Assembly: GCA_030265395.1 (NCBI GenBank)
Contig: JARFYF010000050.1
Span: forward strand, 18,934,044 to 18,998,043
DNA: 64,000 nt
Origin: Rhina ancylostomus
Taxonomy: Eukaryota
Reading direction: 5' to 3'
Each line of letters opens with the position of its first letter. Positions within the stretch are counted from its first letter, which is position 1. Below are positions 27,621 through 39,482 of the stretch, piece by piece. The notes below the pieces were generated by a model. The model saw nothing but the letters and a program-made list of their open reading frames with translations, was not told the DNA's origin and ran no database searches. Both the position numbers and the translations under genes were made by a program.

Positions 27621-27889
27621 GTAAGTTGCAAACCAACTTTTTAAGTCAAGTATATGGATGTTGGAAATCTGATGTGGGAATGTGAGAAATATGCAGCAGG
27701 TTGAGCAGCATCCATGGGGAGTGAAACAGTGTTAATGTTTCGGGTTGTGATATTTCACAAGTTCTTCAATGATCTGAAAAGTTGATCAGCACACTGTTCA
27801 TGACCTCGGTAAATGTCAGTAATTATCCTTTTTTTCTTCCTGCTTGGAAAGTAAACAGACAATTTTCTTACTGCCCAGCTGCTAGTCAA

Positions 27890-28330
27890 AGTTGAGTTTA
27901 TTATGCACAAATACATGTGTGCACAGGTGCAGTGGAAACACTTGTTTGCAGCAGCATCCACAGGCACAACATCATATAATCAGCATTCGCAAGAAAAGCA
28001 TAAAACAAATTACTTTTTTACACAATTAGAACAAAAACATTCCATTTTAGTGCAAAGTTGTCAGTGTTGCTAAACTGTAGTGATTTGGGTTGTGCTGGTT
28101 GGTTCAAGAACTGGTTGAAGGAAGTAGCTGATCTTGAACCTAGTAGTGTGGGACTTCATGCTTCTGTACCTCCTGTGCACTGGTAGCTGCAAAAATATGG
28201 TATGACCCAGGTGGTGGGGATCTTTTGCATGTTGCTGCCTTGAGGCAGTGCCTCTTGTAGATACTACCAATGGTGAGGAGGGATGTGATGGATTGGACAG
28301 AGTCCACTGCCTGCATTCCGTGACTGTGCC
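27890..28330 (-). mobile_element. Rex1/Babar-type LINE 3' fragment
   Basis: KDPHHLGHTIFLQLPVHRRYRSMKSHTTRFKISYF in ORF 28070..28618; same C-terminal motif as 56335-56898. Confidence 0.7.
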
Positions 28331-28820
28331 ACTGGGAGCTAGAATCTCCCATACTTTATTTACCAGATCACCTTTATTAATGACAGACAAAACTCTGCAG
28401 AGATTTTTTTTGAGCACAGGGAATTTGCCACTGACCACAAACGCCCATGCTAAAATCATGTGCTCAAGGTCAAAACTCCTAACCCATATGATTGTGTCCA
28501 TAAGAATAAGACCTACACAGGGCATAGTTCTTTGGTCTGAATTCAGGGTGAAGATTTTATTTGTGTAGCAGGTAATACTACTATAGCCAGCCAAACAACT
28601 AAATTCCATTTTCTTCACCTCTGCTTTTCACTTGCTAGTATCCAACTAAAGGCCATCAGATGATGAAAATTAAGGTTTGAACTTGTGTTTAGATGTTTTA
28701 ATGTATCTGCATTCACGCATGCTTCCTTAGAATTAAACTGATTTCATTTAATTTGTGAATAATCCCCCTAACTGCCTGAAGATACCAAACTGAATAAATT
28801 GCCTTTTTTGTTCTCCCCAG

Positions 28821-29609
28821 GTCTGGGTCTAGCCTTGAACTTTCAACCATCTCTCATTATGATAAACCGCTACTTTGACAAGCGACGACCATTAGCAAAT
28901 GGCTTAACTGCAGCTGGGAGTCCTGTGTTCTTGTGTGGCCTCTCTCCATTAGGTCAGATCCTATCCAAGGTATATGGATGGCGAGGTGGCTTCCTCATTC
29001 TTGGGGGTCTACTGCTGAACTGCTGTGTATGTGCAGCACTGATGAGACCTCTGAAAGCAAGCACCAAAGGAAAAGCAAAATCAGAGGAAGGAAAAGAGAC
29101 ACAGGTGGTGGAAAAGGAGAAAAAGAAGAATAAGCTGCTGGATTTCTCTGTTTTTAAGGATCGAGGTTTTTTAATCTATACATTAGCAGCTTCTGTTATG
29201 GTGTTTGGACTCTTTGTTCCTCCTGTCTTCATAGTAAACTATGCAAAAGACATGGGAGTGCCAGACACTGATGCTGCTTTCTTGTTGACCATCTTGGGTT
29301 TTGTTGACATTTTTGCCCGACCTCTTTGTGGCATTATTGCTGGGCTGAAGCCCATCCGGCCTCTATGTGTATATTTTTTCAGCTTTGCTATGATTTTCAA
29401 TGGGATTACAGATCTTGGTGGCTCTTTTGCTCGTGATTATGCTGGACTCACTGTGTTTTGCATTTTCTTTGGAATGTCCTATGGAATGGTGGGAGCCCTG
29501 CAGTTTGAAGTCTTGATGGCAATCGTCGGAACTAAAAAGTTCCCCAGTGCTATTGGCCTAGTATTGTTGGTTGAAGCCATGGCTGTCTTGGTAGGCCCAC
29601 CAGGAGCTG
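28821..29609 (+). CDS. SLC16A3: MCT4 coding exon 3
   Basis: (G)[27 protein letters not shown]...GFVDIFARP...[13 protein letters not shown]...LVGPPGA(G). Acceptor ctccccag|, donor |GTAAGT. 789 nt. Confidence 0.98.
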
Positions 29610-30190
29610 GTAAGTGTGTGTTCACCATAATGTTAAAGTAGGGAACAAAAGGTGGAGGGAAATGAACAAAATAACTTGAATGCCAGAACTATGGAAAAGG
29701 GGCACAAGTTTGACATTTCATTAGGTGTATTAAGATCAGGATTGGAGTCCCTATGGCATAAGGAAAAGTGGTGATATTTGCTCTTTCTTGTCATTCAATT
29801 CTATTGACATTCTAACTTTTTAAAGGTGCCACAAATGAATTTGGGATACATGGGCATGTTCCTCCAGTTTCTTTCCTCCTTCCCCTCTCTCTGTATAGTC
29901 AAATGGGATCCAAATGCTTTCTTCTGATTGGTAGACAATGATTTTCTTGTCACCGTTATAGAAGACCTTTTTTTGCAGCAAGGAGAGGAGAGCATTTTAA
30001 AAAAAAGTGTGTATGTATGTGTGTATATATATATATATTGTAGAGCAGAGCTTGGCGTTGCAGATTCTGCATTCTTAAATATCTGTTTTAACTGAGCAAA
30101 AAACCAGTTTCTGAGGTGTTACTGTTTACTTGCATGAATACTAGTTTCTGTATGATTGATAGTTTCTCTTTTCCATTGTGCCTGTTACAG

Positions 30191-30225
30191 GGAGGTTGTT
30201 GGACTATACGAAAGCTTACAAGTAC
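30191..30225 (+). CDS. SLC16A3: MCT4 last coding exon, 5' part (runs into N gap)
   Basis: Acceptor cctgttacag|, then (G)RLLDYTKAYKY in phase with the previous exon. Confidence 0.9.
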
Positions 30226-30430
30226 NNNNNNNNNNNNNNNNNNNNNNNNNNNNNNNNNNNNNNNNNNNNNNNNNNNNNNNNNNNNNNNNNNNNNNNNNNN
30301 NNNNNNNNNNNNNNNNNNNNNNNNNATGACATGTGATTATTACTGTTCTATTATCTGTGATATTCAACCTATACAAAGACAGAAAACCCCAATAAATCCA
30401 AAAGCCTCAGATTTGTTTAAAAAAAAAAAA

Positions 30431-30625
30431 CTTATTGGAAACTTCTTTTTCATAAGTAGAAAAACTAAATCACCTCAGATTGAGCAAAAAGAAAATGTAG
30501 AAGAAGGGGAGAAACAACGGGAACAGGAACCAGGAGCAGCGGATTCCGTGGAGGTGGAGCAGTTCTTAAAAAATGAGACGGGAGAAAATGGTGAAATTTT
30601 ACCAACACCCGAAACGAGCGTATGA
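30431..30625 (+). CDS. SLC16A3: MCT4 last coding exon, 3' part to stop
   Basis: LIGNFFFISRK...EVEQFLKNETGENGEILPTPETSV*; the TPETSV C-terminus is characteristic of MCT4. Confidence 0.93.
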   Translation, partial: LIGNFFFISRKTKSPQIEQKENVEEGEKQREQEPGAADSVEVEQFLKNETGENGEILPTPETSV

Positions 30626-32523
30626 AACTCTGAGGAAGAAACAGAATGTTTACAAAAGTGAAGAAAATAGAGTTTGTATTTATTTAGAAATGTGAGGTAC
30701 CTTGTATTGGTGAGAGTAGGTTATTTAATTGTGCAGAATATTTTTGTGACACTTGTTTTAATTTGCTGCCTTGCATTTGTCATTCAGTGTGTCTTTCAGA
30801 AATCTTTAAAATGTAACAGTTTTTCATAAGTCAAGATGCTTTAAGAGCATTTGGAGTTGTGGCAGATGGGGATATCAAACCTACAGAATTGTGATTTCCA
30901 TAACAATGAGAAAAGTAGAGGTACAACCTACACTCTGCTAACAACAATGACAACAGTACTCCACTTCAAGAAATTGGGCATAACTGAAAGTTTCCACAAT
31001 TTATTTGGCAGAAACACTTGTGGACCATCATGGGTTAAGTATTTTTAAAGGAAGCAGAAATGAACCAGATGTAAACCTGGCTCTATTTGGAGTTCTAATC
31101 CCATTCTTCTAGTGTTTTATTTGTCAATTAAGGATGTAGCCAAATCACTAGTATGTAGCAAACTTATTTGCAAGGCAAGAATATAAAACTAGAAAAATTT
31201 TAAAGCTCCTAGTTGTTAGTATTGGCTTGTTGCCATTGAAAAATGATCCTGCTATGATTCATGCAGATTGATATTCACATTGTATTGGACTATGATAAGA
31301 TTTTTAACTTCCAGTGATTCTCCCACTGTATTAAAACTATCCTTTGTCTCTTACCAAATTAGGAGTGTCTGACTAAATGTTTGTTTCAAAAACTGGAACA
31401 AAAATTTCTATCCATAGTAGCACTGAACATTGCTTTGTGCTCCCTCTGAAAATTAACAAAGTTTAACTTTTGGAACTGGAGGTGACTGGACCAGTGCACC
31501 ATACCATCATCAAAGGCAGTTCCAGCTTAAGTGTAAGGTGACACATTCAAACACTGGTTTTATGGCATGGCTACATTTACAGAGAAGATAACTGCTTTTT
31601 AATTGTGGACCAGCATGGGTTATGGGCACAGATTTTGATACTAGTCAAAGCATCCTTGGCTTTGACATTTCAATTACCTAAATCTCAGGATAAAATCTTC
31701 TAAACTAATCCCAGCAAATTTTAAGACCAAGAGATGAGCCTGTCACTAGCTGTTGAAAAGCCATTGTATTTCTTAACAATTGATAACAGGAATCTGCACT
31801 TCTAATTGGGAAGTCCCAAACTACTATTGCTCATTCATGAATATAGGATCCCATTGTTAATGTAACTGGGAAGGTGCAAAAAAAACAACCCTTTGACATT
31901 GTTCCTGATAATATTGTCCACTTATAACCAGGGTATTCTGGGATGCTTCATTTAAAATGAGCAAGTAATATAAATGAGGAATTGAAAATCCCCAAAAATG
32001 CTTTGAAAATCTCTATTTTAGAGGAGACCATTTAGACACAGGTTACTCCATAATACTTTAAATTAGTTGAAATATTCTCCATACTGATAGAACTGGGGTG
32101 GTCTTGCATTATTCCAACTCCCAAACTGGTGTTTAGAATTCCATTTAATTCATAAAATTGGGTAATCCTGTGGTTTGCTGAGGATCTGTCAATATGATTT
32201 GACATGTTTTTAAACAAAAACTTTTTGTTTTAGTACTCTATATTGCCATAAAGGTATAATTAATGCAGACCATTTGTATTTTAATTTTATTAATGTCTTA
32301 TGACTGGTCCAGAAAATTCATTCTAACTTGAAGTTAATGTAATAATTTCAAATTCCATAGGTAAAGCTCTTAACATGGTAAAACTGGCGAAAATTAAGAA
32401 CATTAGACTGACTTTTTTAGATGGGGTTTGAAATCGTCCATGGGTACTCTCTACTGATGTCTATATTTAATGTCCATTCTATTCCTTTGTACTTAAACAG
32501 ATTAGCACTTGTCTATATTTAAG

Positions 32524-32648
32524 GTTGGGATTATAGCAGTGCAGCCTATTGCAGTCATGTGCCCTTAGATTACCATTATGTTGAATTAGCCCTTCAGAAA
32601 TATTTCTAGTTAATGAGGTTCCAAGTTGTCCAGTGACTTGTGCTGCTA
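32524..32648 (+). repeat. 125-bp gap-abutting duplicated segment, copy 1
   Basis: Differs at 2 of 125 positions from 39358-39482. Confidence 0.95.
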
Positions 32649-32879
32649 NNNNNNNNNNNNNNNNNNNNNNNNNNNNNNNNNNNNNNNNNNNNNNNNNNNN
32701 NNNNNNNNNNNNNNNNNNNNNNNNNNNNNNNNNNNNNNNNNNNNNNNNCTTGACCTCATCTTCATTAATCTATTGTGGCATATGAAAAAAAAACTGCAGA
32801 TGCTGGCAATCAAATAAAGACAGAAAACACTGGAAAAACTTGGATCAGGAGCATCCGTGAGAGACTGCCCACATATGAT

Positions 32880-34800
32880 ATAGTGATAAAAGAAAGTCCC
32901 AAGGACAACATTCATCCTAATGTGTGGCATTAATGCTGCACTCAAAACATATCAAGGAATTCAAAAATTAGCATCCATGAGGACCTCAGAAACGTACATT
33001 AAAATGCATAATCTCATGGCTTGGCATAGCCCTGATTTTATTGTTATGATCAATCCAAGGGATCCATCCTGGTTCAATGAGCCCAGGACATGCCAAGAAC
33101 AGTTTTAGACACTCATCAAAATTATGTGCCAACATCTGCAACACAGCAAGCTAAACTACAAAATACTGCATTTTAAACGATAAAGCCAAATGATCAACAG
33201 ATCAAATTAAAGCTGATGAAGAGTCTTTGACCTGAAATGTTAACACTTTCTCTTCCCACAGAGGTGGCCTGACGTGCTGAGTATTCCCTGCATACTTGTT
33301 TTATTTTTAGAGTTCCAGCATTTGCAGAATTTTTCATTTTCAAATTAAAGCTCTGCAGTTTCACCATATCTGGTCATCAGAGATGGCGGATAATTAAACA
33401 GGAAGGGGGTGACTCTGAAAACATCCCTATTTACAATCACAATGAGGCCCAGCAAGTTACAGTCAAGGCTGAAGCAATCACAACCATGTTCAGCTGAAGT
33501 GCTGAGTGGACAATTCATTCTGGCTCCCTCCTCAGAGCCCCATCATCACTGATGCCAATCTTTAGCCAATTTATTTTGCCCCACATGATATCAAGAAACA
33601 GAGCATTGGACACATCAAAGGCTATGGGACCAGACAACATCCCAGTTGTAGTATTGATGACATGTACTCCAGAACCAGCTATGTCCCTAGTCAAGGTGTG
33701 TTCCAGTGTAATTCCAAACTGGAGTCTATGAGACAATGTGGGCAATTGCTCAGATATATCCTGTTCACAAACTGTTGCACAAATCCAATTCAGCTAATGT
33801 GTCCAGTCAACTAGCAACCAACAGCAAAGTCCAGAATCCTATCAAGTTTCACTTATTCACAAAAAAACTTGATCAATGAGCAGAGCAGGTTTTGCCAGGA
33901 CCACATAGCTCCAGACTTCATCCCAGCATGTGACTGGGTATGACATCAGAGGCCTGGTAAAACTGACACCAATGGGATTCAAAGGGAATATACTTCAATG
34001 GTTGAGTCGTGGCTGTTGGAGATCAATTATCCCAGCCCCAGGACATAACTACAGTCATGCCTTGCAGCAGTTTCCTAACCCAACCACCTTCAGCTGCTTT
34101 GGTGGAGAGGTCAGAAAGTGGGGATGTTCACAGATAAATACACAATGTTCAGTTTAATTTGCCTTCAGCAAAGTAAGCATCTACACTTGATTGTGGCAAG
34201 ATAGAGGCATTGATTAATCATGGATTGATATACGGAAATAACATTTGCACCACTAAAATGCCAAGCCATGAGCATCTTCGACACAAGAGAGCATAATCAT
34301 CTATCCTTGATAATCAATGGCAAGTAATTCATCTTCAGTCACCCCAAAGTTTTTCTACCAAGAGTATTACGGAATATTTTCCATTTGTCTTGAAGAGTGC
34401 AGTTTCAACAACACAGGCTCAACACCATCCAAGATAAATGAGCCTTTTTGATTGATGCCCCATTTAACCCCTAAACATTCATTTCCATGATCACTGGTGC
34501 ATTGTGGCTATAGTTTGTACTGACTACAATTACTCGTCCAGCTTACTCCTACAGTACCACCCAAAAATGTGACCTCCACCACTTTCAGGTTCCCTTCCAA
34601 GTTGCACAAGGATGGTTTGGAAATATATTGCTGTTCCTTAATCATCACTGGGTCTAAATCCTGGAAATTTCTGCACATCTGAACAATGGGAGTACCTTCA
34701 CCGAAAGCATTGTAGCAGATCAAGGCAGTAGCTCACCACTTTTTCAAGAGCAATTAGGAATGGGCAATTAATACTGGCTTTACAGGAGACTAAATATTGG
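32880..34800 (+). mobile_element. Old non-LTR retrotransposon (CR1/L2 superfamily) ORF2 and 3' end
   Basis: LDTSKAMGPDNIPVVVLMTCTPE at about 33607-33675, KSNSAN, and a tail ggcagtagctcaccac...caattaggaatgggcaatt at about 34720-34770. Confidence 0.7.
33215..33339 (+). mobile_element. Penelope-like terminal repeat inserted in the LINE, with 13-bp target-site duplication
   Basis: TCAAATTAAAGCT at 33202-33214 and 33340-33352. Insert begins (CT)GATGA-agagtctttgacct-GAAA-tgttaac. Confidence 0.8.
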
Positions 34801-35116
34801 ATAAATACAGAGAGAATTCGGCAACGTATTACCTTGCAGGTACTTGACCGAGCATGAATAGAAATTCAGCTCAAAAAGGGCTTCTTTCACAACCATCAGA
34901 TTTTGAGAACCATCAAGTTGTAACAGTTGTTATTGCGAATTACGGCTTACTTCCCAGAACCAATTACAACAAATTAGAATCATCCAAAAGAAGAACAAGA
35001 ACATTACAAACGGGCATTTGAACTTGGCGATTTACATGATTGTTCTCTATGCACACCACTGTTACACTATCAAGTTCTTATGGCGACTTTGACCTTTACT
35101 TAATATTTCTACTTAC

Positions 35117-35287
35117 ATGAGTAACCTTTGCAGAGAACTTCAATAGGTGTTGACATTTTCTTTTCACTAATGCGCTCATACTTCTGTCTTTTTGTTGCTG
35201 CCTTTAGGCCTTGCCAAGGCAATGACCCCAGGTTAAAGTACATCAAAACATAGCCCAAAGACTCCAGATCATCACGTCGGCTTTGCT
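35117..35287 (-). CDS. CSNK1D: Casein kinase 1 delta, coding exon 5
   Basis: (E)[56 protein letters not shown]. Acceptor ttttccag|, donor |GTAAGT. 171 nt. Confidence 0.97.
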
Positions 35288-35813
35288 CTGGAAAAGAAAT
35301 GCACACTTCAGTTTGGGACATTATTACACTGCAATCTGAACACAGATCAAGCTAGTCTTTAAATTTTTGGTGCAGATGTTGTTTATGTATTTACAAACTG
35401 AATTTTCTTGGAAAAGATTACAGTGCAAAGGGCTTTGGAGTTACCTGAAATTTTAAGCCCAGTTCATCCCAAAATTTACTAAATATATATTTTTTCTGTC
35501 TGACAAATTATATGTCTATATAGTGCTTTAACAATGTTTTTGGACATTTTCAAAATGCTTCATAAAAGTTAATTGCTCAGAAGTGCAACAACAGCATTAT
35601 AAGCAACAAAAAAAGCTTGTCATGCTTCATAATTCTATAAAACCTCGCATCATGATACAGCAAGAGAAATCATTCTCTACTGATTGGTTAAAAAAATGCA
35701 AGGATTTGAGATCTTGCTACCATTCAAACACGTGCATAATATGCAAAGAATAATTACCAGAAATCCAAGCATTTCTAATGCACGAGATAATGCAGGAACA
35801 CTAATTTGCCTAC

Positions 35814-36042
35814 CTATTCCCAAATGTGTATTTATCGAGGCATATCGAGCTGTTCCTGTAAGGTTCTTATTTTCACGATATGGTATATGTTGATGTGTTC
35901 GTGCATCCCGGTACTTTTTTGCTAGCCCAAAGTCAATAATGTAGACTAGGTTGCCTTTCTTTCCCAATCCCATTAGAAAGTTGTCTGGTTTCACATCACG
36001 ATGGATGAAATTTTTTGAATGAATGTACTCAATTCTGCTGAT
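35814..36042 (-). CDS. CSNK1D: CK1 delta, coding exon 4
   Basis: [25 protein letters not shown]...[10 protein letters not shown]...[16 protein letters not shown]. Acceptor tttatttag|, donor |GTAGGC. 229 nt. Confidence 0.98.
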
Positions 36043-37238
36043 CTAAATAAAGAGGAAAAGGAGATTTGTAAGAGAAATGTCAGAGGAGTCCTCTTTTTTA
36101 AAAAAATAAAATTTAATCATTAACCCTTGCATCCAACCCCCTTGTCATAGCTGGGAAAATGGGGGAGTCCATCCTTCAAGCTCCTGCTTTGGCAATACAG
36201 GAAGACTCGCTGAATGGCACAGGACTAGTAATCTCTTCCATCCATCTTCCCCCAATCCCTCCTATCAACCAATCCCATAAAGGGTAATGCAGGGACAAAA
36301 AAAATTAACCCTAGATTCCAGTTGGGAGCCAAAACCCCAATCATGCAGCTGTTGAAATGAGCTATTGTTACAAAATTCCTAATCCAATGCCATTATTAAC
36401 ATAAACAGGAACTGTTTTAAACTGAAATTATTCACTTGGAAACCTATTTTTCAAGCTTCACACTTCCTCCACCCGATCCAACGTTTACAATAGTAATTTC
36501 CCTCTTTATCACTTTATACCTTACCTAACCATGCTTCCCCAGTCATTTAGCTTGCTCATTTGCAGATAATGCTGCAATTATGTTGGCTTACCAGCAGACT
36601 AAAACAGTGCAATGAAATGCAAAAGTTGAAAACACAAACAGAGCTGACAGTATGACCCTTCTGAATTTTGAAACCAACTAAGTTCCTGCACTGTTAATTT
36701 TCGATGTTTGGAGAGCACAGCTGGAAGTGTCTGCTTTTTCATGACAATGGACCTCAAACCGTGCATCTTTAATGTACATGGGAATCAGACTGGTTTGGAC
36801 TCCCCAGAAATCCTGGCACTTCTGCATCAATGTTTACCCAAAACCATTTGCATTGATGCAAAAAGTGGTAACATAACTACACCTGTGCAGTCAATCAAGA
36901 GCCAGATGGGGTTCTTGGAGAGGAGTTCTTCCATCCTTGCTCCTTTTCTGGTCGAGAAGCAACCTAGCTTCCACTTAGCACTTTTCCACAGCTGAAACCA
37001 GGAACACAGATGGGAAACAGCAATCACAAACCCATCTTTTACCACTTGAAGCCCTACAGCACTACATTGTTTTTCCACAAATCTTTTCACTCAATATATA
37101 TTGACAGTTGCTGGAAAGAAAAAAAATGCATTATATTGAAAATGGATGCAAACTGGGAAGGAGGAAGTTTGCTTTTAGCCTTTTGTTGTCAACTTCACAA
37201 ACATCCACACAAAAGCTACAAACAAAATTATTTCCTAC

Positions 37239-37387
37239 CATCTGATCGGCAAGGAGAAGGACTGTCTTAAGGCTGAATTTACGAGAACAGAAGTTAAAGA
37301 GATCCTCAAGACTTGGTCCAAGCAGTTCCATCACCATCACATTGTAATCTCCCTCAGCACCACACCACTTGATGGTGGGGATCCCAA
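37239..37387 (-). CDS. CSNK1D: CK1 delta, coding exon 3
   Basis: (V)[49 protein letters not shown]. Acceptor cttatatag|, donor |GTAGGA. 149 nt. Confidence 0.98.
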
Positions 37388-39357
37388 CTATATAAGAAAT
37401 AAGTTTAAGATAAGTGAGCATAAAGAAAGCACCAAGAACTGTAATCTTGCATTCTTACTAACTTCGAAGCCTTACTTAAAAACTAAGTTCTAAGGTTTGA
37501 TTTTATTATTTGGCCATGAACATAGAAATCTGGCTCAATATTACAACTGTTTCAAAGTTTATTGAATTTTCAGGTAGTTATAGATAGCAATATTCAAAAC
37601 AGTTCAAAACTATGTTACTTAGTTATTACTTTATTAGTTTTCTTGATTTCTGGTAACCAAATGATCCAAGTTAGGATGTGAAAAAGAAGCTGATTAAAAT
37701 TCAAACTACTGATTCCACTTTATTTGATAATTCAGCAAACATGAAGGGAAAACTTTAGACACCAAGCACCAAATTGAACCAATGGCATTTTGCAACAATT
37801 AGTTAACAATTTATTACTACATTCTCTGATACAAGCTGACAGGCACAGCTTTGCTCAGGGGCTGTGGTTGGGCGTGCAGGAAAGACTAGCATTTGTATGC
37901 TGCTTTTCATCACCTCAACGTATTCCAAAGAGCATCAAGGCCGATAAAAGGTTTCATAAGAATGTAAGAAATGCAGGAGCTAAATGTATAGCAAGATACC
38001 AGAACGTGAAGTTGACTAGATGTTTTAGTCACGTGATTAGGAGATAAACATGAATAACTTACAATCTTAAAAATAGTAGGATTTTTTTTTAAAAAGCATC
38101 AATTGTATAGCATTCTTTCACTATCACATGGAAGTGACAACTTAAATGTAGTGCCCAAGTTTCTGCTTGGGACATGAATGCACATCTTTTGCTCAGAGGC
38201 TAGAACATTTCCAATCAGGCCACACACAGCTGATACTGATTGCATGCAAATCAATGTTCTAAAATGGCTAAAACGGCCCATGGGGGTTTGTTGATAGTGC
38301 CACCTACTGTCAGACAAAAGCATTCAAGTGTCAAGGGAAATGGCAGCCCCACATCTTGCAAGAACTGGCTAGAAAATAAATATGCAAAAGCTTTTAACAT
38401 AACCAAAGACAAAATTATCTGTAGCTTCTTAAAATAAGATGGAGGAAACCAGCTCTAAACCATTGCTGGATCACTCAAACATGATCTGTCTGCTCTGCCA
38501 TTTGCTTGTTACATCAATTTACAGGGTTCTAAATACATCACACAGGAGAAAGAAAATAGTCAGTTTGATATAGAATCATGATTCGACATTTAACCTTCTC
38601 ACAATCCAACATAAAACCTTTGCACAAGATTCAAATTGGTTCCAAAAGTGGTATTAAAAAAGGGGCAGTATTTACCCAATTTCTAAAGTCCACAAACATG
38701 TACCACAACCACTTTCTCAGCCTAAACTATGTGTTTGTCCAAGAAATCTAATTATTTTGTTTATAGTTCTTAACTTCACTGGATAAAATAAAATCTTTTG
38801 CGCGTAGAAGTTGGGTATTAAGGTACAACAAAATGTTAAACCAGTGCCACCTGTTTTGACCTAGCCCACTGTATTAAAAGGCAATTTTAACAATCGGCAG
38901 AAGAACAGGAAAAACTTCCAGATGAATTTACATTGGTGTGTATGAACAAAGTAAAATGTATAGATACACTTCTGAAAGCATTTATGACAAATTTTAAATT
39001 TTTGATCACAAGGATCCATACTACAGTTTAGGAAAGCAAGATGAAAAGGTGTCATTTTAAAAAATCTGCCTGGAATACTCATTTTCCAGGGAGACTGGTT
39101 TTAAACAGTTTTTACATTGTAGGAAGACCTGTGCTAGTGGTGTCAACTTCTGACATCTAGACCCTGTACACTAGGCCGCATTCAGACAGTCAACTTGGAA
39201 GTGAAAAGAACAATTGAAAATAAATAAACCGGGTAAATGATCTTCCACAGTATAGTGTTTAAAATACAAGGGAGTATTAGTTAAAAGTTCACTTAACTTT
39301 AGAGAAAACCATTAACCAAGAAACTAAAACAAAATTGCACTCATTTATTTGCACCTT

Positions 39358-39482
39358 GTTGGGATTATAGCAGAGCAGCCTATTGCAGTCATGTGCCCTT
39401 AGATCACCATTATGTTGAATTAGCCCTTCAGAAATATTTCTAGTTAATGAGGTTCCAAGTTGTCCAGTGACTTGTGCTGCTA
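39358..39482 (+). repeat. 125-bp gap-abutting duplicated segment, copy 2
   Basis: Near-identical to 32524-32648; both copies stop at the same base before a 100-N gap. Confidence 0.95.

Noticed and set aside
30116-30625. 169-aa ORF as a separate gene
   Set aside because: Composite of intron, N gap, foreign segment and the MCT4 C-terminus.
30626-32520. SLC16A3 polyadenylation site
   Set aside because: I saw only a variant ATTAAA near 31330 and no clear AATAAA on +, so the 3' end cannot be placed.
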